Of a DNA stretch of 64,000 bases, positions 38,972 to 46,537 are shown piece after piece. Position 1 is the first letter of the stretch. Each line of letters begins with the position of its first letter. Under the pieces are notes generated by a model that did not search any database, had not been told where the DNA came from, and saw only the letters and a program-made list of their open reading frames with translations. The DNA is taken from the IMG/VR virus record IMGVR_UViG_3300045988_005108, positions 1 to 64,000 of that record, one strand, 5' to 3'. The position numbers and the translations under genes were made by a program. The DNA is from a virus.

Positions 38972-41900
38972 TTATACTTTACCAACCTTAGTAGTAGACT
39001 CAAACTGAACTACATCAATCTGATTATCCTCCATAAACTTATTTATGGCTTTCAGCTTGCCTGACCTTCCTAAAGGACCAGCAATTAGTTCGTGCATAGC
39101 AAGTAATAGGAACTCTGAGTTCTTATGCTGTACAGGAGTCTTAATTCCAGTATGACCTTCAATGCCACTGTTATTATTGACTTGTGTATAAACATAAGGC
39201 TTCTTAGTCTGCCAAATGATATTGAAGTCTTTGATATTCCAATCTCCATTCTTGAAGTTGTTATATGCCTGCTCCATATCATCTGTCCACTGACCTGACA
39301 TACCAAGTATTGCCCTATAGGAACTCAAACTTCTATATGCCTGAGCATCTGCTACATTCACATTCTTAAACTTGTAAATGATATTGTCTCTGTCTATCTT
39401 GGTCATTTCATTTCTTCTAACCCTTTCATCAAGTACAGTCTTGATGTCTTCAAGTACAGAAGATATTATCTCATCATCCTTCAAGTAGATAGTTCTTTCC
39501 CAATCCCTACCAATTCTCTCACCTTTATAAGTAGCCTTAGTATTCAATCTAAGAGCAGGAGCATGAACCTCCTTATATCTCTTCTGAAAGTCCTCAAGGT
39601 TCTTATAGAAAGCAAGGTCAGTAGTAGTAAGCTGGATAATTTGTGAAGTAGCTAACTTACTGTTCCAATAGTACTCTCTAAGAGCATCTTTAGCATTGTT
39701 CTTAACAAACAGGCTTCTTGAGATTGACTGAGCATCTTTCAATTCCATCTCACCTCTTGTTGCCCTATCTGTCATCAGATTCTTAATCTGCTCCATCAGG
39801 TTATTGGCTTCCCTACTATCAAAAGCACTATTATTGTTATAGGCTCTAAGCATTAGTTCCATATTGGTATTCCACAATGAACCTAAAGCCTCTTTAGCCT
39901 TAATAAGTGCCTTTGCAGTTATTGCATTCTGCTTAGACTGACCTTCAAAAGGAAGATACTTGTACTTGCCATTAGGAAGTTCATCAAGCAGTCCTGCCCT
40001 TGACCAATCTCTGTAGGTTTGTTCAAAACCATCTTCCATCATGTCATTAAGAGTAGTTCTTAGAAAGTTTCTGAGTTCAGCACCAGTACCTGTGGATTTA
40101 AGTCTGCTTAACCTATCAATGAATGTTTCTCCATTGTCGTATCTGAGGTTGTTAAGTGCAGGAAGGAACTTAAATTCTGCACCTCCTATACTCTTTATAC
40201 TACCATCTTTCTTTCTGACAATATCATAGTTGGCAATAGGTTCTACATTCTTATCTCCACTCTGATAAGCATCATCCCTTTCTCTAACCAGCATGATTCT
40301 GTCATACTCTTGATTAACCAAGTCTACTAACTTGTCAAGGATAACATCATCATAGGCTCTTTTCTTACCATTTTCATCAAGTACATCACCTGTTGTGTAC
40401 TTTCTGAATCTGATAAACTCAGCAGAAGGACTATCTGAAAGAATAGGAACATGATACCAAGCATACTTTATACTTGACTTTGCAGAATCAGGGTCTCCCC
40501 AATACTCTGTAAGAAGAGCTAAAGTATAGTCCAAATCATCCCAATTGGTATAGTCTACTTTGTCAGAGTTCAGCACTACTTTATGGTTAAGACCTCTTCT
40601 CAATTCATCAGACTCTGCAAGCTGTCTTAGCCAGTCATTTCTCCAATGACCATCCTTAAAGAACCACTCATAATCCTTGAACTCAGTTTGCATAAACTGT
40701 TCAAATCTCTCCTTGTCATTCATAACATTCTTGAGATTCTTGATAAGTTTACCTAAATAGTTAGGAGTAACATGAGAATAGTAAGACTTATCATTCTCTC
40801 TGACACTACTTTCAATAGCATCCTCAGTTACCTCTGCCATCATACTTGCAATCATATTGTAAGCAGAGCCAAAAGTATTGATAAGGTCTCCTCTCTTCTC
40901 AGTACCATCCTCCCTTGTCTCAGACTTGACTTCACCTTTCTTAATACCACTGAATATGACATTCAATTGTGGTAAAAGAAGCATAATTGGGTCAGTAAAT
41001 GTGATACCTGGAGCTGTCTTTATATCAGTTAATGCAGTCTTTAATACAGAAGGATTAGCATCAATACCTAACATATGAAGTAACTTCATTATGGTATTCC
41101 ATACATCTTCTCTTTCCAAGAGTTGAAGTCTGGATTCTGTATCAAGGTTCTGGAACATATTGTTCAATGTCTCAGTCCATTGCAAACCCTTAGCTGCATT
41201 ATCCTTGTTTATTTCCCTATTCTTCTCATATACACTATCATCATCAAGCTGTACTCCATTCTCATAGTTATCTCTCCAAGCATCAAGGAGATAATACACA
41301 CCTTCAGGCTTATTAATGGCAATAGTTTCCATTTTGAAAGAACCATCAGGCATCATTCTTTTCTTTTGAATCCAGTAAGGCATAAAGTCCTTTCTGAAGT
41401 CTTGATAGAATTGAGAGAATAAAGTTTCATCACCTTGAAGTAATTCTATTATTTGATTAACCCAAGGTTTAATCTTAGCCACATTTTCCAATAAAGGAAT
41501 CATGTCATCAGAGTTAATCATATTCCTTAACTTGTCAATGAAAGTAGCATGAACATAGTCAGCATCAAGGTATCTTGTGAAACCTAAATCATCTTCTTCA
41601 TACATACCCTCATAATCAAGTTTAGGTACTTGTCTGATTACTTTTCTTACAGCTTGTGACAGAGACTCCTGTGAACTTACCTGTCTGAAATTGGTCATCC
41701 ACCCATCTTTATAAGCCTCTTCTTGTCTCCAATCCTCTGCTTCATTATCTACCTCACTGTTACCATCAGGGTCATCATCATTGAGGTTTGCATCAGCAGG
41801 TGCAATGTAGTTGGGGTCTATCCTAATACCCTCAGTCATTACAAGCAAAGTACTTGCTTCCTCAGCAAGAGCTTTATAAACACTAGGGTCATCAACTATC

Positions 41901-43105
41901 TTCTTATATTCCTGATTCTTATAAGCAGCTTTCTTCTTGGCAGCTTCCAACTTTTCTTCATCAGAAAATCTTTCAGATTCATCTATTTCTCCAGCTTCAA
42001 TAAGAGCATTTTCCTCAGCATTAATCTTATTAAGTTCTTGCTGTATTCTACCTTCTTCTGTATCCTGTACATAAGAATTGAAGATGTTAGCTACTCTCTT
42101 GAATATACCAGCAGGAGTGTACTTCTTTATAGCAGAGAACCTATCCAAGCTATTAAGCTCAGCCTGTAATTCTTCTTTCTCTACACCACTGGCATCATCA
42201 ATTCTTCTCTTCAAAGAATCAGTCATTTCCTGCAAGGCATTATCAACTTCATTACTGAAGAACCTTGCAATAAGGGTTACTCTATCTCTTCTCGTTTTTG
42301 GGTCAAAGAGTAAGTCCACCTTTTGCTGTTCCTCAACAGAAGTAATCCTTGGAGTATCAAAAGAACTGCTAAGTGTATCTGTAATTTTCTCTTCTGGTCT
42401 TGAAAGAAGGCTAATAGCCTTTTTTATCTGTATGGTATTATACTCCGTACTTCTTCCTTGTTTTAGAACATTATACTCTTTCTCAAAATAATCTTCTAAG
42501 GCAGTTCTTTTAACCATTAAGGTTTCAGGGTCAGTTTCAACAGCAGTACTATCCATCTTACTATACTTACCAGATTCTACTAAATCTCTAATAGATTCAG
42601 GAACAATCTTATTTATATTATTCCAATACCTATCATCATTAACATTAGTAACATTACTTCCACTACTATTGAATAAATCCCAAATCTTTCTTGTAGGACT
42701 TCCATAATAAATGGCAAAAGCACTGTTACCTGTAGTAGGACTGGTAAAGTCGATTCTGATTTCTGTTCCATTAGCTCCAGGATACATACTTACTTTAGTA
42801 GTTCCCTCACTAAATTTTTCTTTATCAAAGGAAGTACTAAGTAATTCTTCTCCTTTTTCTGTAAGAAAGCCCTTATCATTACCATTAACATTCACATATT
42901 TGCTAATAGACAAAGCAGTAATTGGGTCTTCCTTTCTTATTTCCTTAATAAAATCATTGAGTTCACTACCTAATGGAATATCCTCACTAGACTTATTATT
43001 CTTTTCCTGCCACAGTCCAACCAAGTTAAGTACTGATTGCTCTGTTTCATTAGGAAACTTCTTAGCTAATTCTCTAATTTCTGGTGTTATAATTAAACAA
43101 CTCAT
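38972..43105 (-). CDS. virion RNA polymerase, N-terminal part (probable exon 1; the reading frame runs a few codons into the intron)
   Basis: 1377-aa ORF, first gene after a terminator/promoter gap. Ends ...VQFESTTKVGKV* immediately before the intron-like region. Confidence 0.7.
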   Translation of the reverse strand: MSCLIITPEIRELAKKFPNETEQSVLNLVGLWQEKNNKSSEDIPLGSELNDFIKEIRKEDPITALSISKYVNVNGNDKGFLTEKGEELLSTSFDKEKFSEGTTKVSMYPGANGTEIRIDFTSPTTGNSAFAIYYGSPTRKIWDLFNSSGSNVTNVNDDRYWNNINKIVPESIRDLVESGKYSKMDSTAVETDPETLMVKRTALEDYFEKEYNVLKQGRSTEYNTIQIKKAISLLSRPEEKITDTLSSSFDTPRITSVEEQQKVDLLFDPKTRRDRVTLIARFFSNEVDNALQEMTDSLKRRIDDASGVEKEELQAELNSLDRFSAIKKYTPAGIFKRVANIFNSYVQDTEEGRIQQELNKINAEENALIEAGEIDESERFSDEEKLEAAKKKAAYKNQEYKKIVDDPSVYKALAEEASTLLVMTEGIRIDPNYIAPADANLNDDDPDGNSEVDNEAEDWRQEEAYKDGWMTNFRQVSSQESLSQAVRKVIRQVPKLDYEGMYEEDDLGFTRYLDADYVHATFIDKLRNMINSDDMIPLLENVAKIKPWVNQIIELLQGDETLFSQFYQDFRKDFMPYWIQKKRMMPDGSFKMETIAINKPEGVYYLLDAWRDNYENGVQLDDDSVYEKNREINKDNAAKGLQWTETLNNMFQNLDTESRLQLLEREDVWNTIMKLLHMLGIDANPSVLKTALTDIKTAPGITFTDPIMLLLPQLNVIFSGIKKGEVKSETREDGTEKRGDLINTFGSAYNMIASMMAEVTEDAIESSVRENDKSYYSHVTPNYLGKLIKNLKNVMNDKERFEQFMQTEFKDYEWFFKDGHWRNDWLRQLAESDELRRGLNHKVVLNSDKVDYTNWDDLDYTLALLTEYWGDPDSAKSSIKYAWYHVPILSDSPSAEFIRFRKYTTGDVLDENGKKRAYDDVILDKLVDLVNQEYDRIMLVRERDDAYQSGDKNVEPIANYDIVRKKDGSIKSIGGAEFKFLPALNNLRYDNGETFIDRLSRLKSTGTGAELRNFLRTTLNDMMEDGFEQTYRDWSRAGLLDELPNGKYKYLPFEGQSKQNAITAKALIKAKEALGSLWNTNMELMLRAYNNNSAFDSREANNLMEQIKNLMTDRATRGEMELKDAQSISRSLFVKNNAKDALREYYWNSKLATSQIIQLTTTDLAFYKNLEDFQKRYKEVHAPALRLNTKATYKGERIGRDWERTIYLKDDEIISSVLEDIKTVLDERVRRNEMTKIDRDNIIYKFKNVNVADAQAYRSLSSYRAILGMSGQWTDDMEQAYNNFKNGDWNIKDFNIIWQTKKPYVYTQVNNNSGIEGHTGIKTPVQHKNSEFLLLAMHELIAGPLGRSGKLKAINKFMEDNQIDVVQFESTTKVGKV

Positions 43106-43126
43106 ATATTAAAAGTATTATTTGTG

Positions 43127-43134
43127 CAAAGGTA
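43127..43134 (-). promoter_or_regulatory. -7 promoter box (TAnnTTTG) candidate for the RNA-polymerase operon
   Basis: Minus-strand TACCTTTG lies 21 nt upstream of the ATG at 43105, in a 110-nt non-coding gap. Confidence 0.45.
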
Positions 43135-43156
43135 AGGAATTTAATTGTAATATACA

Positions 43157-43208
43157 AGCTTTTATTCAAAAGCTAAAGGGAGAACAAGTATTTAACTTAT
43201 TCCCCCTT
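43157..43208 (-). terminator. terminator-like tandem hairpins
   Basis: Minus strand: AAGGGGGAA..TTCTCCCTT long hairpin, then AGCTTTT-GAAT-AAAAGCT, directly after the stop at 43216. The U-tract is only moderate. Confidence 0.45.
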
Positions 43209-43215
43209 ATAATAG

Positions 43216-43845
43216 TTATTCAACTACATACTTGACACCATCAAAGATTAAATATTTAATGGTGTTGATATTGACTGGTCTAACTCCAGACTCTTTATCT
43301 GTCTGTTGTATGTCCATATCAATGCAGTTATACCTGCCATCTCTTGATTCAAATTGAATTTTGTAGCCTCTAAGAACTCTGTCTTCACCCTCTTCATAAG
43401 GCAGAATAGGTTCTCTAATAAGTTCAGTAATAAGTTGCTTAGCCTTTTCAGCTACTCCCTTCTTATTTGCTTTAACCTTATCAATATCCTTAGAGAACTG
43501 GTCTACAAGATAGTCAATCTCCTCATTGAGCTTCTTCTTACTCTTAGGCTTATCCTGTTTCTTAAAACATACAGTAAATACCTGACCAGAATGAATGTTC
43601 TCCCAGATACTTCTAATACCAAGAGTACCATCCTTCTTATCTTCCTTAGTTACCTTTACTGTAGTTTCAAACAAGTCAGCAGAATTAGTATAGTTCTTCA
43701 GATAACTCATACCAATCTGGACCTCTTCACCACTTTCAAAGTGAGTAAGCCAAGCATTAGAACCTGACACTCTGTTCACAATATAGTGAGAACTCTCACT
43801 AATAATGGAACCTTGCTTTAGCTGATTTATTTGTTCAATAGCCAT
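43216..43845 (-). CDS. hypothetical protein
   Basis: 209-aa ORF preceded by an A12 tract. I recognised no motifs. Confidence 0.6.
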   Translation of the reverse strand: MAIEQINQLKQGSIISESSHYIVNRVSGSNAWLTHFESGEEVQIGMSYLKNYTNSADLFETTVKVTKEDKKDGTLGIRSIWENIHSGQVFTVCFKKQDKPKSKKKLNEEIDYLVDQFSKDIDKVKANKKGVAEKAKQLITELIREPILPYEEGEDRVLRGYKIQFESRDGRYNCIDMDIQQTDKESGVRPVNINTIKYLIFDGVKYVVE

Positions 43846-43857
43846 AATTTTTTTTTT

Positions 43858-44754
43858 TTAGTTATCAATATAATTTCTTGTAATAAATTCCTTCATCAAA
43901 GGTTCTGCTAATTCCTTAGCCTGAGGATGTGGAGCACCTGTAGTACCTCTTGCTCTTAGGTCAAAGAAGTGATTCCAATCAGATGTAAATCCAGTTACAA
44001 CCAATTCTGTCTTTAAGGAGTTTGGTAAGACAGCTCTTGCTTCCTGTGGTTTCCATCCACACTTTAACAAATTGAAGTAAGATTTCTCTGCACTTAGTAA
44101 AGTACCAAGAAATGCACTCTCTTCAACAGATTGAGTAGGCATTCTATAGAAGGTATTAGCATCCCAATGTCCAGTATCATCTATTAGAGAACTACCAAAC
44201 CAACAAGGTTTAATAAAGGTAAGTTCATTACCAAACTTATCCTTAGAGTAGTTACAGTACCTTGTACTTTCCTGAGCAAAAGACATTACTCTATGCCTTA
44301 CAAATTCATGGGATACACCTCTATCACATACAAAGTGTACAGTAACTCTTCTCTCATGGTACTTTGTAGGTTCACAGATATATTGTAGGTCATCAAGCCA
44401 ACCATTCTCTACAAGTACTCTAAAATTAGTGGTTATATATATATCATTCCCATTATAATTTACTATAGAATACTTATTGATACAATATTTATCCAACAAC
44501 TTACAAGGTAAAGTTTGGTTACATAGTTCACAAGTTTTACCATCCCATAAGAATTTTAAATACACAGTACCATGTTCCAACATTGCATTATGACCAGACT
44601 TAATCATCCTATCTACAAATAGCTTAGCAGAATCTTCTGTTATCTTATCCTCAGACTTGTAACATACTCTACCTACTTTCTCAATCTGTTTATAAACTCC
44701 TTCAAGACCAGCAGACTGTTCCCATATTTCAAATAAAGGTTTACATAATTTCAT
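43858..44754 (-). CDS. thyX: FAD-dependent thymidylate synthase
   Basis: ThyX signature RHRxxSxxxxSxR is present as EFVRHRVMSFAQESTRYCNY. 298 aa. Confidence 0.9.
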   Translation of the reverse strand: MKLCKPLFEIWEQSAGLEGVYKQIEKVGRVCYKSEDKITEDSAKLFVDRMIKSGHNAMLEHGTVYLKFLWDGKTCELCNQTLPCKLLDKYCINKYSIVNYNGNDIYITTNFRVLVENGWLDDLQYICEPTKYHERRVTVHFVCDRGVSHEFVRHRVMSFAQESTRYCNYSKDKFGNELTFIKPCWFGSSLIDDTGHWDANTFYRMPTQSVEESAFLGTLLSAEKSYFNLLKCGWKPQEARAVLPNSLKTELVVTGFTSDWNHFFDLRARGTTGAPHPQAKELAEPLMKEFITRNYIDN

Positions 44755-44762
44755 CTTTTCTT

Positions 44763-44921
44763 TTATTTCAAATTTATAGTTACACTCTCACAGAACATAA
44801 CACTACATTCATCAATGTTATGCCCAAGCTCTCTTAATAGTGTTTCAGTATCCTTATCTTCAGGATTAGTATACACACTTACACTACTATCAGAGAAGTC
44901 CATTACAACTAATCTTTCCAT
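44763..44921 (-). CDS. small hypothetical protein (52 aa, below the track cutoff)
   Basis: MERLVVMDFSDSSVSVYTNPEDKDTETLLRELGHNIDECSVMFCESVTINLK*. Starts 2 nt after the upstream stop and ends 8 nt before the thyX ATG, so it exactly fills an otherwise empty gap. Confidence 0.45.
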   Translation of the reverse strand: MERLVVMDFSDSSVSVYTNPEDKDTETLLRELGHNIDECSVMFCESVTINLK

Positions 44922-44923
44922 AA

Positions 44924-45262
44924 CTACTCCTCCAAATTTACTTCAAGGTCATCAACACACCAATTACTTAAATCTTCATGTACTTCTGGTTTGCTCTTAA
45001 CATATATATAAGCATTTTGAGGCAATGCAATCTGCTTTTCAACTGCACCTTTAAGGTCACAATTTGAGTAGTCTACATCCTCAAAATACTCACCATCTTC
45101 ATCCTTTCCAGAGTCAGTAATCTCATAGTCAGATACCATAATCTTTACAGTTTTACTAAGGGTGACACTTACTGTGACCTCAATTTCCCTTTCAGGATTA
45201 TCAACCTGATTCCAGGGTGCATCTTTAGTATCTGCACCCATAGGATAATTATAATTGTCCAT
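44924..45262 (-). CDS. acidic hypothetical protein
   Basis: 112-aa ORF, 5 nt after the HicA-like gene. No HicB motif recognised. Confidence 0.55.
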   Translation of the reverse strand: MDNYNYPMGADTKDAPWNQVDNPEREIEVTVSVTLSKTVKIMVSDYEITDSGKDEDGEYFEDVDYSNCDLKGAVEKQIALPQNAYIYVKSKPEVHEDLSNWCVDDLEVNLEE

Positions 45263-45267
45263 TATTT

Positions 45268-45468
45268 TTATTTTCTCCTTTTAATATCTGTTATCAAGTT
45301 ATTCTCTTTAATCAAACGCAGAGCAATTACACATTCAAGATTCTTAGGTATGCTGACATGCCTCCCCTTATCATTCACATAAATAGCATGGTCTCCATTA
45401 TGTCTGCTATAATAGAAGCCATTAAATTCCACTATCTTTATGAACTCTCTTGATGTATATTGTCTCAT
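45268..45468 (-). CDS. HicA-like mRNA-interferase toxin family protein
   Basis: REFIKIVEFNGFYYSRHNGDHAIYVNDKGRHVSIPKN..LRLIKENNL parallels E. coli HicA as I remember it (SEFRRWLESQGV..GSNHLKL..GRRSVMPRH..AILKQLGL). Confidence 0.6.
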   Translation of the reverse strand: MRQYTSREFIKIVEFNGFYYSRHNGDHAIYVNDKGRHVSIPKNLECVIALRLIKENNLITDIKRRK

Positions 45469-45469
45469 A

Positions 45470-45928
45470 CTATACTTTCAGAATGTCTTTATACCTCTCA
45501 TAAGTCTTTCTTATGACCTCCTCTCCTATTGGATTAGGTCTCTTTGAGTCCCTCTCTATACACTCTTGAAGAGGTATAAAGAAGTCCTTAAATTCAAGGC
45601 TGTACTTTGGTTTTACTACATCAGGCATTGCCCACTCTGGATTATTCCAACCATCAAGCACTCTATTATAGTACTCCAATTCCTTGGGATTGAGATTCAT
45701 ATTGTCAATAACAATATCAAAACCATAGGACATAGAATTTAGCAAGAAAACACTTCTCAAGCTTTTTACTAAATCCTCTCTGCTGGGAACCCAATACTTA
45801 CCTAACATATTTCTGATGTCATCATTGTTGAATCTTACTCTATGTTCTGGGTCTTCAAGTGCCCATTGTTTAGCCCACGTAGTTTTGCCACTACCTGGAA
45901 TACCTCGGCATAAAATTATTTTTGGCAT
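45470..45928 (-). CDS. P-loop polynucleotide 5'-kinase-like protein (T4 Pnk kinase domain only)
   Basis: KIILCRGIPGSGKTTWAKQW, NNDDIRNML, IVIDNMNLNPKE and RDSKRPNPIGEEVIRKTYERY parallel the T4 Pnk N-terminal domain as I remember it. No phosphatase domain. Confidence 0.7.
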   Translation of the reverse strand: MPKIILCRGIPGSGKTTWAKQWALEDPEHRVRFNNDDIRNMLGKYWVPSREDLVKSLRSVFLLNSMSYGFDIVIDNMNLNPKELEYYNRVLDGWNNPEWAMPDVVKPKYSLEFKDFFIPLQECIERDSKRPNPIGEEVIRKTYERYKDILKV

Positions 45929-45929
45929 A

Positions 45930-46112
45930 TTACTTACTTTTACTGACTACAGAGTTCAAAACTAACAAAGCATCCCTAAGAGTCTTCTTTTGAGCAGGAG
46001 TACAGTTACTCAATTCATCATACTCCTGTTCAAAAAGATATGACCTTAGGTGGTTAGATAGTTTCAGAGTCTCTTTAGCCTTTGTTTTAACACTAATCTT
46101 AATTCCACTCAT
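45930..46112 (-). CDS. small hypothetical protein
   Basis: 60-aa ORF packed tightly against the kinase gene. Confidence 0.45.
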   Translation of the reverse strand: MSGIKISVKTKAKETLKLSNHLRSYLFEQEYDELSNCTPAQKKTLRDALLVLNSVVSKSK

Positions 46113-46129
46113 CTTTCTACCCTCCTATG

Positions 46130-46279
46130 ATGGACTTAGAAAGATTCAATGTATTCTGCATTAGGAAATGTAGCATAGGCATCATCCCAAGCTGCATCTC
46201 TCTCATGCTCTACATCCTCATCATACCTATTACTATAGGTTTCCCTATGTCCATCTTTGAAATGAATTATAAATGTCAT
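46130..46279 (-). CDS. small hypothetical protein (49 aa, below the track cutoff)
   Basis: MTFIIHFKDGHRETYSNRYDEDVEHERDAAWDDAYATFPNAEYIESF*. Its ATG overlaps the upstream TGA (ATGA). Confidence 0.45.
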
Positions 46280-46524
46280 ACTTCCCCACCTAATTGCTTT
46301 ATCCTGTCATTGATATACCATATAGTCTTCTTCAAATCTTCAATCTCTTTCTGATTATCTGTAAGGCTTGCATCCTGCTTATGTCCTGCCCTAAGTATAT
46401 ATTTAATGGCATTGCCTAAGCAAAAATCCATGTGTCTTGTTATATCAATCACCTCAATTCCACACTTATCTTTAAGCCATGTATAGTGTGGAGGATGATT
46501 AACATTGTCAATCTTCTGTTCCAT
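46276..46524 (-). CDS. DUF3310-like phage protein
   Basis: VNHPPHYT..IEVIDI..LGNAIKYILRAGHK..EDLKKTIWYI matches the DUF3310 pattern as I remember it. Confidence 0.65.
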   Translation of the reverse strand: MEQKIDNVNHPPHYTWLKDKCGIEVIDITRHMDFCLGNAIKYILRAGHKQDASLTDNQKEIEDLKKTIWYINDRIKQLGGEV

Positions 46525-46537
46525 ATTAATTTTTTTT

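Larger units (their letters stand above)
37894..38989 (-). mobile_element. group I intron (IA-like) carrying a LAGLIDADG endonuclease ORF; splice sites approximate
   Basis: A canonical P3-P4-P5-P6-P7-(P7.1)-P3'-P8-P7'-P9 series can be drawn in 37939-38122. The endonuclease ORF lies in the 5' part. Both flanking ORFs look like halves of one gene. Confidence 0.7.

Noticed and set aside
41723-43112. Plus-strand ORFs of 133-148 aa (41723..42169, 42078..42491, 42711..43112) antisense to the 1377-aa gene. Similar cases occur elsewhere: 43354..43767, 49170..49571, 61782..62255, 24558..25091(-) and 17420..17770(-).
   Set aside because: They lie wholly inside long, motif-bearing genes on the other strand. 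Their products are low-complexity Ser/Leu/Ile-rich, and they have no independent start context. These are typical shadow ORFs of AT-rich coding sequence.
44924-45262. The 112-aa acidic protein as a HicB antitoxin partner of the HicA-like gene.
   Set aside because: I could recognise no HicB N-terminal (RNase-H-like) pattern or C-terminal HTH/RHH. The position downstream of HicA is the only support. It is kept as hypothetical.
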